NCBI GenBank assembly: GCA_044374325.1 | Contig: JBILOR010000001.1 | Coordinates: forward strand, 1 to 39,882 | Reading direction: 5' to 3' | Length of the DNA: 39,882 nt | Source of the DNA: Candidatus Planktophila sp. | Lineage (GTDB): Bacteria; Actinomycetota; Actinomycetes; Nanopelagicales; Nanopelagicaceae | In this document: piece by piece, positions 9,403 through 18,276 of the stretch | Numbering within the stretch: the stretch's first letter is position 1 | Layout: each line of letters opens with the position of its first letter | Notes under the pieces: model-generated | What the model saw: only the letters and a program-made list of their open reading frames with translations | Databases searched by the model: none | Told to the model about the DNA's origin: nothing | Program-made: the position numbers and the translations under genes

Positions 9403-10296
9403 TTGATATTCCATCCTCGGTCCAACTTCAAGAGAATTACGAAAAGAATTGGCGAAGAAAAGTTTTATTACTTTTCAGACGGAATTCGCAATCACTTGAG
9501 AAAATGGAGTTTTCATAATTCGGTTATCTCTGAGAGTAAGTTAGGTGCGACCTCAATAAGTGATTATAGTGAGTACAGTGAATTTTGTGAGTTAGCAAGC
9601 CAAGACAAAGAATTGTTTTCAAAGTTTCGTAGCTGTATTGAATATCAAGAAATTTTGGAACACGTTACTCGGAGTCTAGGTAATTTGTATTTGAATGAGA
9701 TAAAAAATAATAGCGGCAGTATTTCCAAGGTAATTGAATTAGCTTCAGACGATATAGGTAAACCAATTAAGTTCAACTATCAAGGCGTAGGCAGAGTCTC
9801 ACCTACCCAGCTTCGCTACTACAAGGTGCTTCTTGATTTGCAGAAGTATTTTGGAAGACTAGACGGCTACAAAGTAGTTGAAGTTGGAATCGGATACGGC
9901 GGACAGTCCAGTCAAATCTGCAAAGAGTTTAAAGTTTCTAACTATACGCTCATCGATTTACCTTCAGTTTTAAAGTTAGCAAGAAATTATCTCGACTTGC
10001 GAGCACCGAATAGTCCCATCAGTTATGGTCATTTCAATCATGGTGAGGTTGATCTGTTCATCAGTAATTACGCTTTTTCAGAATTGCGGAGAGATATTCA
10101 AAACGATTATTTTGAGAAGTACGTATCCAAAGCACGAAGAGGATATGTAACGTACAACCACATAACTCCAGAAGATTGGGGATCTTTTACCGCAGTTGAA
10201 TTTGCGAATAAAATCAAAGGTTCGGAGATAATTGCTGAAGAACCAAATACTGGCAAAGGTAACGTGATTGTTCTGTGGGGTCATAAACAATCGTAG
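9403..10296 (+). CDS. Putative sugar O-methyltransferase (class I SAM)
   Basis: VVEVGIGYGGQ SAM motif, YTLIDLP, DLFISNYAFSEL. Confidence 0.75.
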   Translation: MIFHPRSNFKRITKRIGEEKFYYFSDGIRNHLRKWSFHNSVISESKLGATSISDYSEYSEFCELASQDKELFSKFRSCIEYQEILEHVTRSLGNLYLNEIKNNSGSISKVIELASDDIGKPIKFNYQGVGRVSPTQLRYYKVLLDLQKYFGRLDGYKVVEVGIGYGGQSSQICKEFKVSNYTLIDLPSVLKLARNYLDLRAPNSPISYGHFNHGEVDLFISNYAFSELRRDIQNDYFEKYVSKARRGYVTYNHITPEDWGSFTAVEFANKIKGSEIIAEEPNTGKGNVIVLWGHKQS

Positions 10297-10338
10297 AAAG
10301 TTTCTATTTCGAATTTATTCCTGAGAGCATACAAAAAA

Positions 10339-11313
10339 GTGGCTAAGTTTTATCCAAATCAATTGATTCAAGGAGCTGAGGCTTTCTGCCATGGTGGTCT
10401 TGTGGCTTTCCCAACCGAAACCGTTTACGGCCTGGGTGCGGATGCAACGAATGCACAGGCGGTTGCTCGTATTTACGAAGTCAAAGGGCGACCAACAAAT
10501 CATCCACTGATAGTGCATATTGCCCACTTTAAATACTTGGACCAATGGATCTCGTACATCCCTGAATATGCAATTACGCTCTCTCAAGCATTTTGGCCCG
10601 GGCCAATGACACTGATCTTGAGGCGAAGTGAATTGGCAAAAGATTTCATAACAGGCGGACAAGACACAATAGGAATTCGTATCCCAGATAACTTAATAGC
10701 ACTTGGCCTTTTAGAAGCATTCCACGATATAGGTGGCGCAGGAATAGCTGCACCGAGCGCTAATCGCTTTGGTCAAGTATCGCCAACGACTGCCGCGGCA
10801 GTGAAAGATGAGTTAGGAGATTACTTAGCCGCTACTGATCTGGTTCTTGATGGCGGTCCATCAACTGTTGGTCTGGAGTCAACAATTATTGATTGCACGG
10901 GAAAATTGCCAAGAATTCTTCGTCCAGGCGCAATAACGATTGAAATGATTGAAAAAGCTTCAGGGCTCAAAGTGTCGGACTCAACTGAAAAGAAATCAGA
11001 CGAATTTAAACAACAGGAGATTCGCGTTAGCGGGTCTCTCGAAAATCATTATTCTCCCAAAGCTAAAGTGTTTTTAGATCAGAAACCTGTTTGCGGTTCT
11101 GGCTTCATTGCGCTTAGCGATATTGAGACTCCAGCCGGAGTAACACGCTTAGCTGCACCGAAAACTATTGAAGAATTCGCGCGAGTCATCTATTCAGCTC
11201 TTCGTGCAGGTGACCACCAGAATCTTGACTCTATTTACATTGCTCAGCCGACCGGTGATGGCCTGGCAATAGCCATCAGAGACCGGTTATCGCGTTCAGC
11301 AATGGGCAGATAA
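10339..11313 (+). CDS. sua5: L-threonylcarbamoyladenylate synthase (Sua5 type, with C-terminal SUA5 domain)
   Basis: VAFPTETVYGLGADA, KGRP.NHPLIVH, FWPGPMTL, AAPSANRFG, GLESTIID, LRPG, HYSP, DRLSRSA. Confidence 0.93.
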   Translation: MAKFYPNQLIQGAEAFCHGGLVAFPTETVYGLGADATNAQAVARIYEVKGRPTNHPLIVHIAHFKYLDQWISYIPEYAITLSQAFWPGPMTLILRRSELAKDFITGGQDTIGIRIPDNLIALGLLEAFHDIGGAGIAAPSANRFGQVSPTTAAAVKDELGDYLAATDLVLDGGPSTVGLESTIIDCTGKLPRILRPGAITIEMIEKASGLKVSDSTEKKSDEFKQQEIRVSGSLENHYSPKAKVFLDQKPVCGSGFIALSDIETPAGVTRLAAPKTIEEFARVIYSALRAGDHQNLDSIYIAQPTGDGLAIAIRDRLSRSAMGR

Positions 11314-11379
11314 TCCGATACTATTTCGCTCTTGCTTGGTGCCAGGTTAATTCTGGCGCTTAATCGAGAGATGCAAGTG

Positions 11380-11452
11380 GGGCCTATAGCTCAGTCGGTA
11401 GAGCAACGGACTTTTAATCCGTGGGTCGACGGTTCGAGCCCGTCTGGGCCCA
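11380..11452 (+). tRNA. tRNA-Lys(TTT), CCA not encoded
   Basis: GGGCCTA/TGGGCCC acceptor stem, D-arm AGCTCAGTCGGTAGAGC, anticodon loop CTTTTAA, T-loop GTTCGAG. A TACTAT hexamer lies upstream. Confidence 0.96.
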
Positions 11453-11636
11453 CTTTTTAGTATTTAAAGACTCATAAATTAATGAGACTAAAAATCAACA
11501 TATTAGATAGCAATTTTGATGCTAAACATTCAGTGAAAAATCAATGATTGAACCAAGTGTCCTTGCAGCCAGAATGTATAGTTAGGTCATACGCAATTAA
11601 AATCCTTTTTACTAACTAAGAAAGCCAGAGACCGCA

Positions 11637-12644
11637 ATGAAGAGAGCTGTTGTATTGGGCGCTGGTGGATTTATTGGTTCGCATATGGTGAACCGGCTAA
11701 AGGTGGAAGGATTTGAAGTTATTGGCGCAGATTTAAAACTGCCCGAATACAGCGAATCTAAAGCAGATCATTTTCACCTTGGAGATTTAAGATCTCACGA
11801 ATTTGTAGCAAGTCTATTGCATGAAAGTATGCAAGGTAATGGCCTGGATCAGATCTATCAATTCGCGGCAGATATGGGTGGGGCAGGTTTTGTTTTCTCA
11901 GGAGCAAACGATGCCGACATCATGCATAATTCAGCTGTTATTAACTTAAACGTTTTAGACGTAGTATCAAAATTTAGCAATTCTAGTAAATCTAATGTCA
12001 GTCCACGAATATTTTATAGCAGTTCAGCTTGTATGTATCCAGAACATAATCAGCTAGATCCGGAAAACCCCAACTGTGCAGAGGATTCTGCTTATCCCGC
12101 AAACCCAGATAGCGAGTACGGTTGGGAAAAACTGTTTAGTGAACGCCTATTTCTTGCGTTCAATCGTAATCACGGAGTAGATGTTCGAATTGCCAGGTAC
12201 CATAATATTTTCGGTCCAGAAGGAACATGGCAAGGTGGAAGAGAGAAAGCCCCGGCTGCTATGTGTCGAAAAGTATTGGAAGCAAAAAATGGAAGCAGCA
12301 TAGAAATTTGGGGAGATGGCCTTCAAACTAGATCATTTCTTTATATTGACGAATGTATTGAAGCAACTTATAGGTTGATGTCCCACCAAGAATTTATCGG
12401 TCCCGTAAACATTGGCTCTGAAGAAATGGTCACAATTAATGAATTGGCTGATATTGCGATTAAATTCTCAGGGAAAGAGCTGAAAAAAACTCACATAACC
12501 GGGCCACTGGGTGTACGTGGCAGAAACTCAGACAATAGGCTCATAAGAGAAGTTCTTAACTGGGATTATAAAATGAAATTAGAAGAAGGGATCCTTGAAA
12601 CCTTTAACTGGATTAAAGGTCAAATGGGATCGTCAGCCCTTTAG
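11637..12644 (+). CDS. GDP-mannose 3',5'-epimerase-like (GME) extended SDR
   Basis: GAGGFIGSH, AADMGG.GF, SSSACMYP (catalytic Cys), YGWEK, HNIFGP.GTWQGGREKAPAA (catalytic Lys), GVRGRNSDN are the signature blocks of GME. Confidence 0.85.
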   Translation: MKRAVVLGAGGFIGSHMVNRLKVEGFEVIGADLKLPEYSESKADHFHLGDLRSHEFVASLLHESMQGNGLDQIYQFAADMGGAGFVFSGANDADIMHNSAVINLNVLDVVSKFSNSSKSNVSPRIFYSSSACMYPEHNQLDPENPNCAEDSAYPANPDSEYGWEKLFSERLFLAFNRNHGVDVRIARYHNIFGPEGTWQGGREKAPAAMCRKVLEAKNGSSIEIWGDGLQTRSFLYIDECIEATYRLMSHQEFIGPVNIGSEEMVTINELADIAIKFSGKELKKTHITGPLGVRGRNSDNRLIREVLNWDYKMKLEEGILETFNWIKGQMGSSAL

Positions 12645-12672
12645 ATTAGTTGGCACTTACGAACGAGTGTTT

Positions 12673-13536
12673 TTATTCAAAACTAGATTTCATAGTTACG
12701 AAATCAGGATGTGAAAAGGACTCTCCCGCACTCGGCGAAAAGTCTTTAAACCAGGGACTTGGGATTATTGAAGTGCCACCAGACTTGGAGCACAAGTAAG
12801 ACCCCCACCACGAAAGTGTGGAATTAGCAGTAACTACGAATTTTGCCGAATTCATTAGTCCTAAACACTGCCATGCAGATGCGTCTGCCGGCGTTAAAAC
12901 CTGTTCAGGCCCGATGGCATGTATCAACTCTGAAGCGGAATCTACATCATCTGTGATTACTACGATAAATGGCTCAAGTTCCGAAGTACTTCTAACATAA
13001 TTCAGACTCGACAAATAATAATTTATATCCAACAAACCAAAAGTACTTGATTGCAGCTTGAAATCACCCCGACGTATATGCAGAATTACCACGGGTCGTT
13101 CATCATTATACAAATTAGGCAAACGTAAATTCAAAATGAATCTATTCAATTCAACACCAATAATCTCCCAAACCGACTCCACGTACTGCCAGTTTTGGAA
13201 GTATCCCTGCACAAGGGATTTATTTTTAATATTCTTACTTAAGTCTGAAAACTCAAACTCTCTCGGCTCTCTCAAAATTTCATATTGCTTGTAATTCTTC
13301 AGTTTTAGTAATTTACTTAGTTTTCTAAGTAGAGGTTTTAATCCTCCATTTATAGTGCTAATTCCTTCAAAGTGAGAGCACTCACTTAATAAGTTTTCTA
13401 ATTCAAAAGGCCTATCATTGCGAGGATTCTGATCCTTCCAGATCGCAGGAAGCTCGTCTAGATTGTTAACGAGAAAATGCATATGGGCCCACTGAAAAAG
13501 CTGATTTCCAAGACCGCCGTTTATATAAATCTTCAT
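12673..13536 (-). CDS. GT11 alpha-1,2-fucosyltransferase-family glycosyltransferase
   Basis: GGLGNQLFQ, GYFQ, HIRRGDF, ANSTLSWWG motifs. Confidence 0.9.
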   Translation of the reverse strand: MKIYINGGLGNQLFQWAHMHFLVNNLDELPAIWKDQNPRNDRPFELENLLSECSHFEGISTINGGLKPLLRKLSKLLKLKNYKQYEILREPREFEFSDLSKNIKNKSLVQGYFQNWQYVESVWEIIGVELNRFILNLRLPNLYNDERPVVILHIRRGDFKLQSSTFGLLDINYYLSSLNYVRSTSELEPFIVVITDDVDSASELIHAIGPEQVLTPADASAWQCLGLMNSAKFVVTANSTLSWWGSYLCSKSGGTSIIPSPWFKDFSPSAGESFSHPDFVTMKSSFE

Positions 13537-13569
13537 GAAGTTAAGTCTATCAAGACTCCCTGATCAAGC

Positions 13570-14511
13570 TTATTTGGTTTGGCTATAAACTTTAGAGACT
13601 CTCTCTAATGTATAACCCAAAATGAAAAACACAATTGAGCTAATTTTTCGTGAAGAATAAGAAAAAGATCTATTAGGTAAGTTTTGAAAAAAGAATGCTG
13701 CTAATGTTTTAAATGATGAGAAATAGATTGGGTAGGTATTCTTGAGGTGCGCCTTAAACCGCCCCTGTGCTGAAGCCAACTTATTGGAATCTTTACGTGC
13801 TTTATTTGGAGCAAAGAAATGATCATAATTTAATCCCGGGAAGAAGATTAATTTCCCAGTCCTGGATATTCTAAAAGTGTAATCTACATCTTCGCCAAGG
13901 GCGTAACCTTCTAGTGGACCTAATTCCAAGCGCTCATTAAAACGAAAATTCTTAACTTTGTTCCAATCGAAAAACATTGCACAGCCAGGAAGCCAGTCTA
14001 CTTCCAGTTCATTCTCCACTCCAAAGTCATTGCTTATCCAAAAATTTGTACTAGAGCTAGTCAACTTTCCAGGAATGTACTTGAAGTCTAATAGGTTGCT
14101 AATGAAATCATAAACTCTATTTTTATGAAAAGATGGCTTTAAAGTCTTACTAACTTCTCGCCCGGCCCCACCAATAAAATTCTTATGTAACTCAAACAAT
14201 TCTTCGACGTTCCTGAAATAGTTAGCAGGAATCGCTACGTCATCGTCAATAAAATGAAGAAAGTCACAAGAATCGATCCGGCTAATGGCCTCATTTCGTG
14301 CCGAAGATGTCCCTCTTGAAGTCCTGCTGAAGGTAAGTTGATAATTTTTCGGAAGATTTGAGAATTCGTCTACAAAAGAAACGTAATCATCTGAGTTCAA
14401 GACCACTTGAACTCGTAAAGATGTTGAGATTGTTTGGGAGTTAAGACTAACTAGCAACTGTCGTAGTAAGTCAAGTCGATCCTTGCTGCAGATAACAACT
14501 TGATGAATCAA
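13570..14511 (-). CDS. Glycosyltransferase family 2
   Basis: VVICSKDR, SSARN, FIDDD (DxD), WLPGCAM, GEDVD. Confidence 0.85.
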   Translation of the reverse strand: MIHQVVICSKDRLDLLRQLLVSLNSQTISTSLRVQVVLNSDDYVSFVDEFSNLPKNYQLTFSRTSRGTSSARNEAISRIDSCDFLHFIDDDVAIPANYFRNVEELFELHKNFIGGAGREVSKTLKPSFHKNRVYDFISNLLDFKYIPGKLTSSSTNFWISNDFGVENELEVDWLPGCAMFFDWNKVKNFRFNERLELGPLEGYALGEDVDYTFRISRTGKLIFFPGLNYDHFFAPNKARKDSNKLASAQGRFKAHLKNTYPIYFSSFKTLAAFFFQNLPNRSFSYSSRKISSIVFFILGYTLERVSKVYSQTK

Positions 14512-14718
14512 GCTTCGATTTCCTATTCGATAAATTTATAGGGAGAGACTAACTTTGAACTACGATATCGCATATGTAGCGGAGCCTGTCAGAGCCACAA
14601 TGAGAGTTGAAACAATTCATAAGTTAAGTTTTGCCAACCTTTACTGGGATTGTCGAGAGCAGGAAGTATAATTTATCGTCCGAGGCCATTTGGAGGCATC
14701 GATAGTTTAGGGGTTTAA

Positions 14719-15771
14719 ATGAATAGCTATCTTGACGCCCTTGACTATAAGACTCTTTTCGAGAGAATAGTAGGACGTTCAGAAGTAGAGCTACTTTCTG
14801 ATGACGCCATTAAGAACTTATTTGGCGACGCTCGTATCTTGATAGTTGGTGCGGGTGGAACGATTGGATCGGCGCTTGGGCGAAGGTTAATTGATGCAAA
14901 TCTACAAAACGTATTTTTCCTAGATCATGACGAATCTTCTCTTCACGGATTGGCTTTATCTCTTTCTAATAAAGCGGCATCGCATTCAAATAGATGTTTC
15001 ATCGGTGACATTAGAGATGTAACTAGCCTCGAGCATGCATTTCAGATAATAAATCCAGAAATCGTGGTACACGCTGCTGCCCTAAAACATTTAGTAATAC
15101 TCGAGAGATTTCCACGTGAAGGGTTTTTAACAAATATTATTGGTTCGATAAACCTTGCAGAAGTTTCAAGAAGATTTAATGTTTCCCAATTCATAAATAT
15201 CTCAACTGATAAGGCGGCGCAACCTACGTCTGTCTTGGGGTATACAAAGAAAATAGCTGAGATAGCGACGGAAGAAGTTTTCCAAAATACAAGCATAAAA
15301 CAATGTTCTGTAAGATTCGGTAATGTGTTTGCCTCTCGTGGCTCAGTAATTGAGACATTTATACATCAGATTAAAAATGATTTACCTGTAACTCTAACCG
15401 ATGATGAAGTAGCTCGATTCTTTATGTCAAGAAATGAGGCCGCAAATTTAGTTTTAGCTTCTGCTAGTTTAGATTCTAGTGGAACTTACATTCAGAACAT
15501 GGGCCAGGAAGTCTTGATTATTGATGTAGTTAAAAGATTGGCCGAAGTCATTGGGAAGACACCGAAGATAGAAATTATTGGATTACAAAATGGCGAAAAA
15601 ATGCACGAAGAGCTTTTTGACGGACCTGCTTCCAGTACGAGATTTCCTAGTATTTCGAGATCAATTCATACTCTTAAGCCAGGAATTATTGGTGAAGTTA
15701 AACGTTATCGACCGGAATTAAATATTGAAAGTTTAGAGATAATGAAGGAACTAGTTCGGGTTTACACGTGA
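14719..15771 (+). CDS. UDP-GlcNAc 4,6-dehydratase-like protein (PglF/CapD catalytic domain only)
   Basis: GAGGTIGS, HAAALKH, STDKA, VRFGNVFASRGSV, RFFM, GEKMHEEL. No N-terminal membrane domain. Confidence 0.8.
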   Translation: MNSYLDALDYKTLFERIVGRSEVELLSDDAIKNLFGDARILIVGAGGTIGSALGRRLIDANLQNVFFLDHDESSLHGLALSLSNKAASHSNRCFIGDIRDVTSLEHAFQIINPEIVVHAAALKHLVILERFPREGFLTNIIGSINLAEVSRRFNVSQFINISTDKAAQPTSVLGYTKKIAEIATEEVFQNTSIKQCSVRFGNVFASRGSVIETFIHQIKNDLPVTLTDDEVARFFMSRNEAANLVLASASLDSSGTYIQNMGQEVLIIDVVKRLAEVIGKTPKIEIIGLQNGEKMHEELFDGPASSTRFPSISRSIHTLKPGIIGEVKRYRPELNIESLEIMKELVRVYT

Positions 15772-15781
15772 GGAATGATAA

Positions 15782-17011
15782 GTGATTTTTTCTCATCTTA
15801 TAGCTAAGCAAAAAGACATTTTATACACAAAAGGGTTTTCGAAACATAAGGGAATTAATCGCAGCAAGTCCAACAGAATTCTTTTTGTTGGAATGGCTGA
15901 GTCGTCACATTTCGAACGTTGGGTTTCCGTAACCGTTGACAATTTCCCTGAAGCTAAAGTTTATATATTTCCGTCAGACAGGCCGTACTTGAAAAAATCT
16001 GGACTCAATAGTCTGAAAGCTAAAAGTAGTTCAGTGAAAATATTTCAACTTTTCCCATTCTCCAGAATCAATTATTTAGCCTACTTCTTTCTCGATTATT
16101 TCTTTGGAATGGCATGGCGAGCCTTTATATTGCGTTATTTTCTATTGCTTATACGACCAAAGATTGTGCACTTCCACGAGATGCAACATGGTGCTTACAT
16201 ATATAATTATATTTACGACTATAAAAGAACTCATTCAAATGCGAAGTATATTATTTCAACCTGGGGCAGCGACTTAAATCTTTATTCATATTTAACTGGA
16301 AATAGGCACCAAGTAGCAACGTGCTTAAAGTGGGTTGATGTAGTGACTGCTGAAAGGTCTATCGAACAAAAAGTTCTTAAAGAATATGAATTCAATAAAC
16401 AATTCGTAGCTCCAATCTACATCACGGTTGGCAGAGATAATGCGGATATGCAAAACCTATCTAGAACCAGCGAGCGAAAATCTATAATCGTAAAGGGTTA
16501 TCAAGACACAAGCGGCCGTGCTCTCAACGTGATACAAGTTTTGTCTGAGATTTCAGAATCCTTAGTTGATTTCGAAATTTTGGTCTTCTCGGCTTCTGAT
16601 TCGGTGAAAGCTCACGTGGATTATTTGAATAATTCAAAAGGAATGAAAATTCGAGTATTGAACAGAATGCCAAATAGCGATTTACAGAAATATTTTAGGA
16701 ATTCTAGAATTTATATAGGTATGTCTATTTCTGATGGACTTTCGACATCAATGGTAGAAGCAATGAGCGCTGGGACTTTTCCTATACAAAGCGCAAATTC
16801 AGCGGCTCCCAAGTTCCTTGTTGATGGCCAATCTGGTTTTGTTGTTGACCCGTGGGATTTGCCAACTCTGAAGGAGTCTATTCTGAAGGCTCTAGAGGAT
16901 GACTTGTTGGTAGATGCAGCTGCGGAGTTAAATTTAGAAACACTCGAGAGAAAGTTTTCTCTTGAAATCGGAATTGAAAAAATGAGAAGCCTTTATATCG
17001 ATTTGAGCTAG
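15782..17011 (+). CDS. Glycosyltransferase family 4-like (GT-B)
   Basis: STWGSD, SDGLSTSMVEAMSAG (D/E-x7-E), DGQSGFVV. Confidence 0.75.
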   Translation: MIFSHLIAKQKDILYTKGFSKHKGINRSKSNRILFVGMAESSHFERWVSVTVDNFPEAKVYIFPSDRPYLKKSGLNSLKAKSSSVKIFQLFPFSRINYLAYFFLDYFFGMAWRAFILRYFLLLIRPKIVHFHEMQHGAYIYNYIYDYKRTHSNAKYIISTWGSDLNLYSYLTGNRHQVATCLKWVDVVTAERSIEQKVLKEYEFNKQFVAPIYITVGRDNADMQNLSRTSERKSIIVKGYQDTSGRALNVIQVLSEISESLVDFEILVFSASDSVKAHVDYLNNSKGMKIRVLNRMPNSDLQKYFRNSRIYIGMSISDGLSTSMVEAMSAGTFPIQSANSAAPKFLVDGQSGFVVDPWDLPTLKESILKALEDDLLVDAAAELNLETLERKFSLEIGIEKMRSLYIDLS

Positions 17012-17055
17012 TTTATATAATTTTTTGTTATACGTTGAGCCTCAAAAATCCACGA

Positions 17056-18276
17056 CTAATAACTAATGAAAGACTCAGTCAAGCCCTCGGAGACATTTTG
17101 ATTAAGACTTAGGAGCCTAGCTTTTGCTCCCCATGAATCAGCCTTCACCAGCCAAGTCTTAGCTTCAGCTACTTTGCCCCGAGCAATCAGAGATTCCGCT
17201 AAGTATCGATATTTACTATTTATCCATACGTTAGTCGGGTGATCTTTGATCTCGCGCTTGAAATACTTTTCAGCGCTGCCGTACTTACGCTCATCAAAAT
17301 AAGTAACGCCAAAAAAGAATCTAGCCGAGTCGTTTATTACCAAAAGTTCTTGATTTACAAGGAGTCTAGAGTAAATCTCTCTCGCTCCATCGAAATCTTC
17401 ATTCAGGTGCAATTCGCGTGCTCTGTCATAAAGCTTTAGAACTTCTAATTGTTTATCAGTCAATTTCGTCGCAAGATTAACTTCATCAATCTGTTCAACA
17501 TTACTCAGCCCACCCGGAGTGCTAGAACTAGATTCACGTAAATTTCCAAACTTTGAAAAAACTTTTCTTACTAAATTAGTCGTCGACATAAAGGGGAAAG
17601 TTTCAAAAATCTTTGAGTATGCGAAGTCGTAGCCAGTCAAGCCTTGCTCAACATAACCATATTTTTCAAGAGCTGATTGATCATGAGCAAGTTCAAATCT
17701 TGAGTAGCCAGTTCCGTCTGATTTATGGGGGAAAACTCCAAGCCAAGGATCTATGTATTGCCATTTTTTATCTAAATAAACTTCAGCTGCTGTGTGACGT
17801 GAAATTCCATCTTTATCTTGCAGCATGATCATTCTTGCCGGAATGCCGAGTCTGGTTGATAGAACAGAAAACACATAAGCTGCTTGATCACAGTAACCAG
17901 AGCCTCGCTTGAGGATGTTGTAGTAGTCGTCGCTGATTACTGGCGATGGCGAAGCATCTTGTGGTCGCACGTATTGCGTTACCCAGCTAAGTGCTAAATC
18001 GATTTGGCCTTGAGGGTCAGAAGTTTGCGATCTGATTTGGTTTACTTTGCGCCGCATCAGTTTCTCACCGTGAAGCAGATCGGTGATTTGGTTCGTTTTT
18101 TCAACTCGATAAGTTCTATCGCCGTAATACTGGTAACCAATAGTTTCAACGCTAATTGGTTTGATATATGTAAAGACAGCTGAAATCAGAATAAATGCCA
18201 TAAAGATCGCAGTAGCGCGTGTCACTTGTTTTGTGGCCTGCCTCAGGCGCTTTACAAGAATCTCTAAGTTAGGCAC
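17056..18276 (-). CDS. Membrane-anchored transglutaminase-like (Cys-His-Asp) protein with C-terminal TPR repeats
   Basis: Hydrophobic segment (ATAIFMAFILISAVFTYI), GSGYCDQ, LGIPAR, RHTAAEVY and WQYIDPW triad motifs, TPR-like 'ARFFFGVTYFDERKYGSAEKYF'. Start moved from 18339 to the GTG at 18276, which lies 6 nt after a TACCGT -10. Confidence 0.75.
   Translation of the reverse strand: MPNLEILVKRLRQATKQVTRATAIFMAFILISAVFTYIKPISVETIGYQYYGDRTYRVEKTNQITDLLHGEKLMRRKVNQIRSQTSDPQGQIDLALSWVTQYVRPQDASPSPVISDDYYNILKRGSGYCDQAAYVFSVLSTRLGIPARMIMLQDKDGISRHTAAEVYLDKKWQYIDPWLGVFPHKSDGTGYSRFELAHDQSALEKYGYVEQGLTGYDFAYSKIFETFPFMSTTNLVRKVFSKFGNLRESSSSTPGGLSNVEQIDEVNLATKLTDKQLEVLKLYDRARELHLNEDFDGAREIYSRLLVNQELLVINDSARFFFGVTYFDERKYGSAEKYFKREIKDHPTNVWINSKYRYLAESLIARGKVAEAKTWLVKADSWGAKARLLSLNQNVSEGLTESFISY

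Noticed and set aside
10315-10662. 115-aa antisense ORF over sua5, and similar 60-120 aa shadow ORFs across the window
   Set aside because: They overlap well-supported genes on the opposite strand or in another frame and show no family motifs.
13484-13493. TGGGCCCACT, identical to the tRNA-Lys 3' end, as a possible att duplication
   Set aside because: Only 10 nt, inside the intact GT11 coding sequence, and with no integrase nearby; compatible with chance.
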